Below the pieces are notes generated by a model. That model saw only the letters and a list, made by a program, of their open reading frames with translations, did not search any database and was not told the DNA's origin. From Zygnema circumcarinatum SAG 698-1b (lineage: Eukaryota > Plantae > Zygnematophyceae), in NCBI GenBank assembly GCA_037447605.1, contig CM074806.1, forward strand, positions 620,001 through 684,000: a stretch of 64,000 nt of DNA, given 5' to 3'. The translations under genes and the position numbers were made by a program. This document shows, piece after piece, positions 49,886-62,520 of this stretch. The number at the start of each line of letters is the position of its first letter. The first letter of the stretch is position 1.

Positions 49886-51821
49886 ATGGCGGAAACTTCT
49901 CTGCAGGGGACTCGACCGGACGGACGCGCACCCGAGGATTTCCGCGAAGCTTGTAAGGTTTCTCTGCTTTGAAAGCAATCCCTTCTTCAAATGCACATCA
50001 AACCGTCAATGTTGAGTTAACGCCGCTTGAATCCTTTTTAGTAGAATTTAGATATGTTTTGCCGGAGAATGAGGAAGAAGTTAGGGTTTGCGAACGGAGT
50101 GGATTTTGTGAGATAGGTTGAACCTGAAAGCATTAACAACGTAAGTGATGTCGACGCTGCTGCAGTTATGCGCACCGGCACGGTCAGTCGGGCGGCTGGC
50201 TCTGCATACGCGGAGTTTGGGGACACCAAGGTTCTTGTCGCTGTGTAGGTTGAGCTCTCAAAACTTGGCGAAAATGTAACAATGTTGAGATTTTAGGTTG
50301 AATTGATTTGTGGGATTGAGCGTGGTGGTGGCTCATTAAGCACAGCTTGCTTTCTCTTGTTGAAAATGCATGTCTCAAGAATGTGCTGGAGAGGCTCCAG
50401 GGATGCGTTGTAATGTCGGTAATTTCATTGACCACCTTTGATTGTTACTTTTGAAAACCAGAGGGAGACCATCGTTGTTTGTAGGGATTCCAAGCACTTT
50501 ACTTGGAAAATTGTGGGCTGTGGGAGGACAGGTATGGCCCTCGTGAGAGCAAGAAAGCACAAGCATACAGCGATATTGGACGACTGAATTGTGACGTCAA
50601 AATCGCATCGTTCGCAACAAGCACACGAGGGCGATATGGGCGGGTATGGCTTTTGACAGAATCTTGGTCAAGTGTTTTTATATTACCCTTTTTTTTTTTT
50701 TTTTTTTTTTTTTGATAAGTTCCCATTGCTTGCAGAACTACTGAGAGATAATTACATGGGGTAAGGGCCGTTCTTTGCCCTAATGAATCGTTTGGTTTGT
50801 GTTGATGGAACTGCATGTACCTCCTCTTCTCCGTAAGGGCTCTCTTGATTGAGGATATGCAGGGTACAGAAGAGAAGGAGTACAGCGCCCTTCTTCATCG
50901 ATCTCTTGAGGCAGCCGTGGCCCTACACACATTTCCAAAAACTACAGTAGACGTGTTCGCACTAATCCTTCAATCGGGAGGCTGTAAGTATGCGCATGCC
51001 ACTTTCACCTTATCATACATGAAAGGTGATAAATGAAACGCGCCATTTTGGTTATTGGTTATGACTAATACAAAACATGAGCACAGAAGTTTCACGGTGT
51101 CCTTTGAGCAGTTTCTCTGCTAGAAAGTTTCAGTCCCCATCCTTCACTTAGCTCATCCCATCTTTCATCTTTCTTGGCGTGGAATTTCTAAGTTGTGGAG
51201 GACTATCTTCTTCCGTATGTTTGTTCATCTTTTTTTTTTTGGCTTTTGTTGGGTGGGAAGTGAGCAGCTGATTTGGCTGTCACGATCACGTGTGGATCCA
51301 TGGCACTAGCTGATGCAGGGATAGAAATGTACGACCTCGTGTCTGCGGCATCCTTAGTGAGTTCCTTCCCCCCCCAGACAGGCGCTCTTTACTTCTCTTT
51401 ATGTAAGCCTGTGTCCCTTTCCCTACAAACTCTAAAAACTGCCACACGGAACTCTGTGCAGGTGTGTATTGGCCGACAATTGTTTCTCGACCCTTCGATC
51501 GCGGAGGAAAGAAAGGACGATGGGACGGCCATGGTTGCATGTATGCCGCTGAGGAATGAAGTCACCCAGTTGACTCTGACTGGAAACTGGACCCAAACGG
51601 AAACAACAGAGGTTTGTTTACAATTCCAACTGTGTATATTTGTAAATAAATATTTTGTTCTTCGTCTTTGTCTGAACAGCTAACCCTACGAAGGTTTTAT
51701 GGCTGCTGCGATGCAGGCGATTGAGCTATGCCTGGAGGGCTGCTTGAAGCTCGACCACCTTATGCGCACATGCCTCAGAGAGCAGCAGTTGGCTTCAGAA
51801 GGCAGCATGGAGCAAGGATAG
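49886..51821 (+). CDS. RRP41L: Exosome RNase PH-like subunit RRP41-like (MTR3 homologue)
   Basis: RPDGR; GSAYAEFGDTKV; YGPRESKKAQAYSDIGRLNC; FPKTTVDVFALILQSGG; ALADAGIEMYDL; final exon AIELCLEGC...EQG*. Confidence 0.9.
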
Positions 51822-51991
51822 ACCCCATCAATAAATAAACCAAATTATGCTCTATAAAAAAAAAAAAGCTCATTGTCAAACAGATACCACTGTGAAATGT
51901 ATCGACTTTGAAGGCTTGCAGTGTTCAAGGATTTTGAAATTGAATTCGAAGGAGAGCCCAAGATTGAAAAATGTTAAAGGATAACTTCTGC

Positions 51992-54073
51992 TCAACCCTT
52001 AGAATGAAAGGCTCTGCTCGCCCACTCAGGCAAGGGGGCGGAGATGTTGACCTCCGTCACATTGACAGGATGGACGAAGGAGACGCTCTCTGCATGGAGC
52101 GCATGTGCATGCCAAACCATGTCCCCCCATGACCATGCCTCCGGCCCACCATACCTGACATCGCCAGCTATGGGCATGCCCATCAGCTGGCAGTGCATTC
52201 GTATTTGGTGGGTTCGTCCAGTCAGAGGAAACGCTCTGACCAGAAAAAAATTGCTCTCGTTTTGAACTTCTGAATGCACTGCAGGAGACACTTCAATTTC
52301 AGTTTCGGTCTTGGTTTCGGGTCTGGCTTCCTGAGGAGGAGAGGGTTTTAGAGGAGGGATAGAAAGAACGGGATCACGTTCAGACAAGACTTGCTGTGAA
52401 GATGCATCTGTGGTGAAGACACCATTCTCTCGTCCTCTCTCTTCTCTTTCTTCCTTCCCTCCTCTTTCTCCTCTCACTCCTCCCTCTTCCTCTCCCCCAG
52501 CCGTGTGCGAATTACCGCTGTCCAGCGCAATTGGGCCCTTTACATGAGCCAAAATGACCAGCCTTGTCATCATGTCTTTCACAGAAGAGCCCCCTGGAAG
52601 GGACCTCCCCACATCCTCATGGCTGTAGACTCGCCACAAGCCATGGCGGGATCGGCCATGGCCGGTGACTAGAGAGTGCTCCTTCCAAGCAGGAGGTTGA
52701 CCAAAGCAGAGAGCAACGTAGCTCTTTTTCACTAAACGGTTCGCATATGCGTGTCCAAAAGTGCGCGAAACATTACGGTCCTTGGAAATCATGATAATGC
52801 CGCTCGTATCGCGGTCCAGTCTATTGACAAGATGCAAATTTTGCTGCAAATGTCTCCTTCCGTTTTGTGCTTCTGCTCGGATGGCATGCAAAAAAGAAGG
52901 GGTCAAAGATGTTGGTGACCTAAAAATTCTCACACAGAATCGCATGCGCCAGCAGCATTACAATGAAAAGGTGGAAACAGCTCTGCTCTATGTAGCAGTT
53001 ACTTCATCACAATACTTTCCTATGGATTGTCCAGTCCGTGTAGTTACCTCTCAAGTCAAAAGCTTCATTGACAAAAGATAAACTTTCCTTCTTCTTTCTT
53101 AACTTTCTAAAAACACGAATGGCCTATCTCTGCAGGTTTACTTGGTCGGATCTCAGAGATTCTCGAGTTTGACAAGTTCACAGACTTCACTTCACTCCAT
53201 AGTTTTAACAGGTTCAGGCTCTTTAAAGTCCCAGGAGTGCACGCTTGAGATCTATATTGTTTTCTATGTTCGTCGGAGGCTTTGGAGGTTAGTAGGCACT
53301 TAATTTCTTTGAAATTTTAGGGTTTCTCATGATATCTGCGTTTAGGGTTTTTTTCTTTTGCAAAGAAAGACTTCGCCTTAAACAACCAATGAAGAGGACA
53401 TGTTCCTAGAAGGAAGCGAACAAAAAAAACGGAAAATGAGACGGGAGAGGATTGTTCACTCACTAACTGAAGCCCCATCTTTTGCTCTCCTTCCCTCCTC
53501 CTCTGAGAGCCCCTCCGAGGACGAATGCCCTCCGCCAATGACAGCTTCCATACCCCTCAGAATTTCTTCACAATAAATGCCACAGGGCTTATTGATAACC
53601 AGAAACCATTCATCTTCATACAGCACTATATCATTGCTGATGGTAAAGACTGCATTTTCAGCTATGGCTGCTCTCTCTTTCTCTGCTGCATGAGCTCGCT
53701 CGGACGGACGGGGCGTTATCGGCTGAGGGAACCCTTCTTGCGAGCTCATGTTTAAAGAGTTCGCAGCGGCTGCTGCAGCCTTGGGCGAAGCGTCACTTCT
53801 GCAATGCTGCATGGCAATGTGTCCCCCAGTTGAGAAAAGCTTTATGCGCCGCCTGAACTTGGTGCATTGAGTGAAGGGACCGAGCAGCTCCTCGCCAGTC
53901 TTTTGCTGAAGCCGAGGCAGAGCAGACAGAGCTGCAGCAAAAACTCTGAACCCTGACCTTGATCCTAACCCTAATCCGAACCCTAACCCTAACCCTAATC
54001 CGAACCCTAACCCTAATCCTACACTAATCTGTTTCCAAAAATGAGCCACCGCTACGCAAAGCTGCGAACGCAT
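51992..54073 (-). CDS. RluA-family RNA pseudouridine synthase (start codon uncertain)
   Basis: VLYEDEWFLVINKPCGI; LHLVNRLDRDTSG; KKSYVALC; PLTGRTHQIRMHCQLMGMPIAGDVRYG; HALHAESVSFVHP; one intron at ~52900-53500. Confidence 0.9.
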
Positions 54074-54169
54074 TCGAGATGTCCACTGCACTGCAGTGAC
54101 AGAGCTGTAGAGGTTCGCATATGTGCGTTTACATGTATAAATTTTTAACTTTCTTTCCCGTTCCAACAA

Positions 54170-54241
54170 TCTTCGGTAGTATAGTGGTAAGTATCCCCGC
54201 CTGTCACGCGGGAGACCCGGGTTCAATTCCCGGCCGGAGAG
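54170..54241 (+). tRNA. trnD-GTC: tRNA-Asp(GTC), identical to 49669-49740
   Basis: Same 72 nt; upstream CAA motif; downstream TTTT. Confidence 0.97.
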
Positions 54242-55340
54242 CTACTTTTGGGCAGCTTTCCCTGTGTGACTTTTACATCGAGTGCCTTTTTACCACTCAC
54301 AGCTCGACCAACCAAGCGACGCACGTTGGAAACCCGATGAGGACGCTGGCTCGCCCCTCCGCGCTTTTCTGATGGGCCACGGCTGCTGGTGGCTGCTTCT
54401 TTGGTCGTTGGGTCCTTTGTGACCTGAGGCCTTCGTGGCTTTCTCCATGTGGGTTTTGTGCATGTACTTTCGATAGCATCGGCATGAAGAGATCAATACC
54501 AGTTCATATTTTTTGGACAACATATACACACATAGGACCTCACATCTCATCCTAAATGAGAATGGCGAATGGTAAGTAGTGTGGCTCACACTCCTTACGC
54601 TGTACATCATTTCGTGCGGGTTCGTATCGAGTGCGGCCAACGCTATTAGACGTAAACCGGGTAATGCTGTTCCTTTATCGTGACATAGACAGTTTCTATT
54701 GCAATGAATTGTTCAAATTCATTTGTTCGATTTGAAGAAAAGAAAAAATAAATAATGTATTAATAACATTATCCCTTCTTTCTACATGAATAGGACTTGA
54801 ATAGTGACCTGAATAGTACTTTGTTCATTTTGTGCATATGCCCCCTCTACCGTCTTCTGTTTGAAGACTTATGTCTCCTCTATTCCTTTCTAGTGGGTAC
54901 TGTGTTCGTCCTCATTACTAACAGATTGTGAGGTCATAGTTCTTAAGGCGTTACGTGAAGGGGAACCTCGCATGGACCATTCCGCACAAGGAGTAAGCAC
55001 CGCTTGGCAGTGAGAATACTCCCCCCCCATTCCACACAAGAGGCTCAGCAGGCCGCCATGCGACGCGCTCCGTGAGTCAATGCATTTGTTGAAGAAATGT
55101 TAGGAAGTCGTGTTGCATGTTACTCCATTTCAAGCACATCGGCTCGTGGTTGGGGAACTTAAAGCTATAGGAGGGCAGCCAGCAGTAGGGTCCGCCTACG
55201 TCCACCTGCGCAGTGGACACATGAAACGTTCAATTCCATGTAACGGACAAATTCACACTTTTTCACCCAAAACCCTTCAGTCTGTAAGTGGTATATTTCA
55301 GTTGAGCAGAGGGGGGGGGGGGGGGGGGGGNNNNNNNNNN

Positions 55341-55372
<32 letters not shown>

Positions 55373-55383
55373 CGCAGACTCAC

Positions 55384-58300
55384 TTGCAGCAGACACCAGC
55401 CCAGCAGCGCTCCAAGCGCTGTGGCTACAGGCAGTGACGCCTGCAGAAGATACCGCCCCACAAACACATAGCGTTTTAGGGCTTTAATAACGAGTATAAA
55501 ATAAATTAATTCCAGCATTTCTGCATTCTTAAATTGAGGCTTTCAGGACGTAGCATCCTTCTGCAGCGTAGCAGTTACAAGTCTGTGACTGTTCCTGAAT
55601 TAAGCCTTTCAAAGCCTTCAAATTTATAGCAGGGATAAAGAATGAACAGAAAAACGAGAATTGCCCCTCTGAACAAGGCCGGGGTAAAAAGAAAAAATCT
55701 CTGACCTTGAAAAAGACCACAAGAGCAACTGTAATGAACGCCACACAGAGAGGGCCCCGCCCGTTCACCTGCACGGTGACAGAAACACACTCACATGTAT
55801 CTGTTAGTCCGAACTGCAGGACATGCCTCCAATATTCTACGAACTCATAATCATTCACCGTACGCGGAGCAAGCCAGCCATCACCATCAATGATCTGAAT
55901 CACACCTTCCTCTCCTCAATCATTTTCTTGAGTCTCAGACTGAAAGTAAGGCAGTGGATCGTTGGATCCACGATGCCAAAACCAGGTCCGACTGGTATAT
56001 CCTTTCGGGAATAAACTAATGGAAGTTGCACATGGAAAACCTTGAAACAGCAGACATGGCAACATAGAACTGTCACCAATGACGGAACTGGCGAGAATGA
56101 ATAGGCCATCCAGAAGCTCATGGACGCGCCGTACCACTTGGATGAGCATGCCGGCAGTCAGCCCCACTTCTGCGCCGGTTGCAGCTGTCTTCATCCCCAA
56201 TAGAAGCGCCATAATCAACTGCAGATCACTCTCATTTTTCCCCAAAATTCCCAATCAGGAGGGGACAAAACATGAAGGGATGCTCATCGCCCTCTTGGCA
56301 AGGCTGTCAACAGCTCTATGGGAATGGTCATACATGAGAGCCACCGTGCCAATAGCATAGGATGCATGTTTGGCATGCATGCATGCAACATGTATGTATG
56401 TATGCATGTATATATGTCTGTATACATGCATGCTAGAGCTCACCTTTTCCTGCCTAATGTAGTCCCAAAAGGCGAGTGATCCAAGTGTGATGCAGAGGAC
56501 TGGCAGGGCTACTCCTAATCCTGAGAGAGCTCCGCCCCCAATTTCTGCACGGAGGGAAAGTGAATGATGGCATGCAATGATGTGTGAGCATACGGAATGA
56601 GATGGAACGCTGCCTTTAATGAGAAAACCGGAAACACGGAGATAAAGGCGTATGCATATGTGGAAGACGTATGATGTTCAAAAGGAACCGTCGAATAGTT
56701 TGGCATAGGCATGGGAAAATGCATGGTCTAAGGTGACCCCATGTTAAGAGGGAGTGTTAGGAATTGAAATCTCCACTATACGTGTACATAGTTTAGCTGT
56801 TTGGACTTTAGGAGTACGAGAACATACCCAGAAAGTAGCTCCCCAAGAAAACACAGAGCAGAAATATATGCCCGGGAAGCATGTGAATCTGCACGCAGTT
56901 ATACGTTTTGTAGGAGTCAGTTTTCCGCGTTCCTAAAGCTGAAGCTTAGAGGCTTTACAAGGGGAATTTTTTAGAGGATTATGCAGTCCTCACCACAGCA
57001 AGGCCCAAAAAAAGAATGGTAGCCGGCGGAGTCCCGACAGCCTCCATCTGCTCCCGCAAACCCTAAAACAGCACTGCTCACATTCCCCTCATTGCAGGGC
57101 TGCTTTGTCCATATCTAAGGAGCCTTAGTTTTTGAAGGCTGAAGCAAAATGTAGGAATTTGATCATGAATTAAACCTGATGATGTGCTACCTCATATGAC
57201 GTCAGGTGACTTTAGAATAGACAGGGTGGAGAACGATCAGGGAGAAGGGTGCAGAGTGGGGTGTTTGGGTTCAGAAAAGAATAGAATCAACGGGAAGGAA
57301 GAATTTTCGTTTTTGAAGGCTTTTGGGATTAAAAGATTTTCCACCTCTGCATGGATGTTCGCAATGATGATATAATCGTCACCAAAGGCCATGCTCCCGA
57401 TGCGATAGAACAGATTGAATACGGTCAGGGCTGCATGAGCGACAACGGCCTTCAGAGGGCGCAAAAAGAAGGGAAAAATAAAAGATAGGTGGGGGGGAGG
57501 GGAGGGGATATAGGGAGAAACAGAGGAAAGAAAGAGAAGGGAAAAAAGAAAATCAACAGCTTGATTTCATTCGCTTTGACAGCGATGCGAAGCGGCTCTA
57601 AACCCTCCCCAGGCGATTGCTGAACCCTCACCCGGATTCGACTCCTTCATCACCCGAATGGTGATGAGCACAAGGAGTCCCAACAGCCATAAGAAAATAA
57701 AAATTCGACCCCACACTTTGGATATCCCCATATAGCCCAAGTGTGGCCTCGATCTTCCCTCTCCCGCCGAGCGATCTTCCCGGAACTTCACCTTCTTGGG
57801 TACGAAATTGAGGTTTCGAGCACTTGCAGATCTCTGGTTTATTGAGGCTTCAAGGAGGGCCAGCCCTCCTCCGGAAAGTATGATGGCGGGGTAACCCCAC
57901 CGCCCATAGTGGGGGGGCAGGAATATGACTGCGAGAGCGCTGACTATGGCCAGGGAGGAGGATGCCTTGTCCACACACATCTGCATAGCGCCTCTATGGC
58001 TGCTCCATGTCAGCTTCCATAACTGTGCAACAGTTTTGCAACGGAGATAAGGAAAGGAAAGGCCTCTGTACTAAAGGGAAATGCAAAGCGAAGAAAAGGA
58101 AGAAGGGGGAATGAAGATAGAGGGCGGGAGAGAGGGAGCGATGGGGGGGAGATAACAGAACACAAAGGCATGTGAAGGGGGGGGGGGGTTGTGTTTGAGA
58201 ATCACACCTTCGACATGGAACCCAGGCAGTGGTAGACAATGTAAGCCAGAGCTGCCGGCGGAAACCCAACTGTGAGCTGCACATGGAAACAAGGCCCTGA

Positions 58301-60120
58301 GATTGCGCGCACAGGCGGGCCACAAGAAGACAAGGACGGGTAAGGCTTGGTAAGGTACGTCTGAATCAGTATCATGCAACTAGCGATTTGCGGTGTACCC
58401 ATTTTGCAGCTTTCCAAAGAATGCTGACAAGCGCATCATCATGAGGTGGAGCTCTGCAACTGGTCGAATTATTATTGAAGCATAGCCCTAGAGGCCTAAA
58501 GTTTCCCAATTCAAATCCAAATTCTATGTTGAGATGGGCATGTCATTCCCAAACATGAAGGTCAGATATCTGCATGGCTTGGAAGCGAGTCCGCTATTGT
58601 GAGGAAATCCACGATATACGCCTATAACAATGTACCGTCGTATGTCATTTCCTTTCAGACGCAGACGAAGGGAAGGATACGTACATCTGAGACAAATGCC
58701 AAGATGGGCTTCGGATGGATAGGAGGCCCGAACTCCGTAAACCATTGAACTGAAAACGCTCGTGGATCCACTTCACTTGTTCTTCTAAGGAATAGAGCCT
58801 GTGGGAGGGCAAACAGAAAGGCAGTACAAGACTGAAGATAGGAGGCGGTTGTGCGGAGAATATACCAAGATACACACTTTTCGACTGTGCCATAGCTACA
58901 CTTCTCGCAAAACCTCACAAAATGGCCGTCTAAAACTGCTTCAGAGAGGTGACGGTGCCCATGTGAGCCAAGGCTGGAGAGGAAAGTGAATCGTCTTACA
59001 CATAGATAGGTAAGGACAGCTCCGGGAAGAAGAAACAAAAATCCGGCTACAAAGGCACCTTTTACGCCTCCAAGCCACATAGACCCCATAGCTGCGACTA
59101 TTTGCACACTTGTGGGGCCCGGAATGCTCTGCCCTTCCCATCCATTTCATAAATCTTGTTATTGTTCCTTTCCTTTCGATACCATTCATAGAAACAAAAA
59201 AATAGTCGCTTGGACCTCAAAGAAGGAACCTCAGTAACTGCTTCCTTGTGGTTTCAAACTTCTCAAAAAGATATGATCCGATATGCTTCCAAATGTCCAC
59301 GCTTGAAAAGCACTAACTGGAGCCGCCTAAAGCTTCCCCAATACAGGCTTATAGGTCAAATAGCCACTTTTGGCCCCACTTTTTTTTAGCCGGAAAAGGA
59401 TTTAACATCACAGATGATGAGGAATTTAATCAACTGCTCTACATTGAATTATCAAAGTGCTATGCCTCAAATGCCATGGTACTCCCCTCACTCTCCTGAA
59501 CAAACACAAAACAATAGCTGAAGGTTTCAACTAACCTTTCCAAATACGAGAAGCTCTTTGAATTGATATTCATCCAGCCATAACCTTTTGCATGTCATTT
59601 CTGACCGCAGAAGCTCTACCTGAGCCGTGGATCCGCCGAAATTCCGAAACCTGCTCGAAACAAAACCTCTTCTCCCATTTCAAACAGAGCCTCCGCTTCC
59701 TTAGTCACTGAAACAAACCGAGCCAAAACACTTGGCACAGTCCCTAGATCGACAAAATAAATGCGAAGCTTTTACCGTTTGCAAAAGCGGTAAAAAAAAG
59801 CATTCTATAATCCAGCAGCATATGCCTATGCATGGGCATGCTGCTGGATCATCTTCGATCCAAGTTTCTCACCCCAAGAAGAAGAAGCATCGCACTGCTT
59901 CCCAGGGATCCACCACGGCGCCATCGGCGCTGCCTGTTTTCACCACCTCTGCTTCCTCCTGCCTCCCTTTCTCCACGTCAGAGCACTGCCTGAGCCCCTC
60001 CGAGCTCAATGCTTTCAAACCCTCCGAGCTCCCTCCGACGGAACTGAGACTGCTGAGCTTTCCGCTTGAGCTGAGCGAGCGAACAAATAGGGTTCCAGTC
60101 GCGCCTAGATCGGAACTCAT
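55384..60120 (-). CDS. Long-chain chromate-ion transporter (CHR/ChrA family); 3' end unresolved
   Basis: WEAVRCFFFL|GFRNFGGSTAQVELLRSE..CKRLWLDEYQFKELLVFGK|SIPGPTSVQIVAAMG...GAFVAGFLFLLPG; GFPPAALAYIV; WGYPAIILSGG; second repeat FYRIGSMAFG. Confidence 0.75.
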
Positions 60121-60810
60121 ACTTTAGTATTTGAGAAAGAAGCGAGAATGCGGAGCTTTGAGATAGCCTGAAAAAGTGAGGAACGTGGGAGGGAAAGGGA
60201 GGGCGAGATGTGATGAGACGAGCAAGGAGAAAAGACAGAGAGAGAGAGGAAGAGAGAGAGAAAGAGAGAGAGAGAAAATGGATTAATGGAAGAAAAGAAG
60301 ATAGAACGAAGTGAAGACCGAGAGAGCGTGCCGACTATCAGCGCCTTCCTGTCAGCCGCTCCAAGCGTCGGGCCATGGCTGCCGCTCCTGCGGACGACCA
60401 TCGCAGGAGGACGCCCATCTCTTCCATCACGAGACGGCCCTTGGACCTAATGCAGCGCTACATCGCTCTCCCAAGCCCTAACCCTAACCCTAACCCTAAA
60501 AGCCTCCCCTTCCCCCTCGCCCTCTCCCTCCCGTTTTAGGGTTAGGGCAGCCCCTGCCCGTGCGGGAAGCGGCGGCAGCCCCGCAGCGACAGCCAACCGG
60601 CGTCGGCCGACTCACGTGCAAGGAAACTTCAGCCACTGGTCGTCCTGATTTACACGTGGGAAAAGGAACGGAATGCGGCGTGCATGAAACAGGCGCAGAC
60701 TGTTTCAGAAATCTTCGGTGTCGGGCAGTCAGGGCCACCACCAGCACGGGCGGACTAGGTCGGTCGCCAACCATTGGCCAATGGTAGGGTGCCAATGGTT
60801 GGTCACCACT

Positions 60811-60939
60811 TCGATGGTTCGATGGTTCGATGGTTCGATGGTTCGATGGTTCGATGGTTCGATGGTTCGATGGTTCGATGGTTCGATGGTTCGATGGTTC
60901 GATGGTTCGATGGTTCGATGGTTCGATGGTTCGATGGTT
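60811..60939. repeat. (GATGGTTC)n 8-bp satellite, ~16 perfect copies
   Basis: Directly visible. Confidence 0.95.
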
Positions 60940-61040
60940 GCAGCCATTGTCAATGGTTGTCAACCATTGAATCTTAATGGTTGTCGCTATTATCAAGGGT
61001 TGGCTAGTCAACCACTCAGTGATTGCAACCATTGATCGTA

Positions 61041-61395
61041 GTTGCAACCATTGAGAATGGTTGGCTGGGCCTGCCAATCAGTGGCTTCAAAAATTGAGGA
61101 TAGTTGCAACCATTGGCAATGGCTGGCTAAGTCTGCCAATCAGTGGCTTCGAACATTGAGGATAGTTGCAACCATTGGCAATGGCTGGCTGAGTCTGCCA
61201 ATCAGTGGCTTCAAACATTGAGGATTGTTGCAACCATTGGCAATGGCTGGCTGAGTCTGCCAACCAGTGCCTTCAAACATTGAGGATAGTTGCAACCATT
61301 CGCAATGGCTGGCTGATTCTGCCAACCAGTGGCTTCAAACATTGAGGATAGTCGCAACCATTGGCAATGGCTGGCTGTCCGCCATCCATTGGTTA
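61041..61395. repeat. 62-bp minisatellite, 5 full units plus a partial one
   Basis: Unit starts at 61041, 61103, 61165, 61227, 61289, 61351; consensus GTTGCAACCATTGGCAATGGCTGGCTGAGTCTGCCAATCAGTGGCTTCAAACATTGAGGATA. Confidence 0.95.
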
Positions 61396-62520
61396 CGACC
61401 ACTGGAAATGGTTCACTGGGGGTCCGCCATTCCATGGTTGGAACAATTGGCAATGTGGTTAGACTTAGCATCCAACAGTTGCAAGCATTGGCAATGGAAT
61501 TGGCAATGGTTGGCTGAGTCCGTCAACCAATGGTTGCAACCACGGTTGTTGGTCCTTTGCTCCGACCTGTGCAGTCCTGGCAATGGCCGTTCGACGGAGC
61601 ACGCGACAGTCGAACTGTAACAACAACAATAAGTGGGAAAGACTGAGAATAGTTTCACAGTTCCGACCGTGTTGGCCAACTACGAATCAGAGCGCGACAG
61701 GTAAGTCGTTTCATGCTAAACTAGTTCCGGTTCATTTAACACCCCAACAGTCCATGGAAACCTCTCCGTACTTGAAAAATGGCGACTTTAACCGTCCGTA
61801 TCCGCGGTTGAGATTGAAGACGTTATTAGGGCCATTGCTTTTGTCTATTTATAACCGTATTACCTTCTCCTTCTTTTGCCATCAACCGCTCCTCTCGCGG
61901 TACTTTCCTTCGGACAATTTTCAAAGGCTGCCCATAAATTCTTTCGTGACTGCGCGAATGCTGTATGGATCAAATTAGAAATATTTCCTTGTCGATCCTT
62001 CCCATTCCCAAACACCAAAATGTTTATCCTGCCCGTCACCGTTACCGTACCTTTTGGCAGGTATTGGGCATTCATGATTTCATTGGAAAGCCACAAAAGA
62101 CAGTTATGACCGTTATCCACCGCTGGGCGGTAGCCGAAAGGTCCAAAATCCGAGTCCACCAATCATGTCCCCTTCCTCCCAACCGCCGCTATAAAACAAT
62201 TAGAGTAGCCGAAATCCGTACAATATTGTACCCTATTTGTACACTTCCCAGCACACGGGACGGTTTTTCCGCTTCCCGAACAGCCACCGGCAGTTGGTAA
62301 TTTCCCACAACTGAACAAAACTGGCCGTTTTTCCTTTACTTCGGGACAGGCCGGCCCTGCAGTCGCCTGCTGCCGACCTTACCCGCCAGGCTGAAGGCGG
62401 GGACCGCTATAGAAGAGGAGCAGGCTGCCCCCCCCGCCCTCTGCGCATCCTTTCCGCCTCGACTTGCTGATATTCTCAAATCTTAGAGCTTGCAATATTC
62501 TAAGGGGCTAGAATCTCGAG

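Noticed and set aside
54290-54640. Minus-strand ORFs downstream of the CHR gene as a separate gene
   Set aside because: No recognisable motifs or convincing exon chain; may be UTR or unresolved last CHR exons.
60496-61077. ORF with (NHRTIEPS)n repeats
   Set aside because: Translation of the 8-bp satellite.
61041-61395. 62-bp repeats as a CRISPR array
   Set aside because: The whole unit is conserved with no unique spacers; no cas genes; eukaryotic context.
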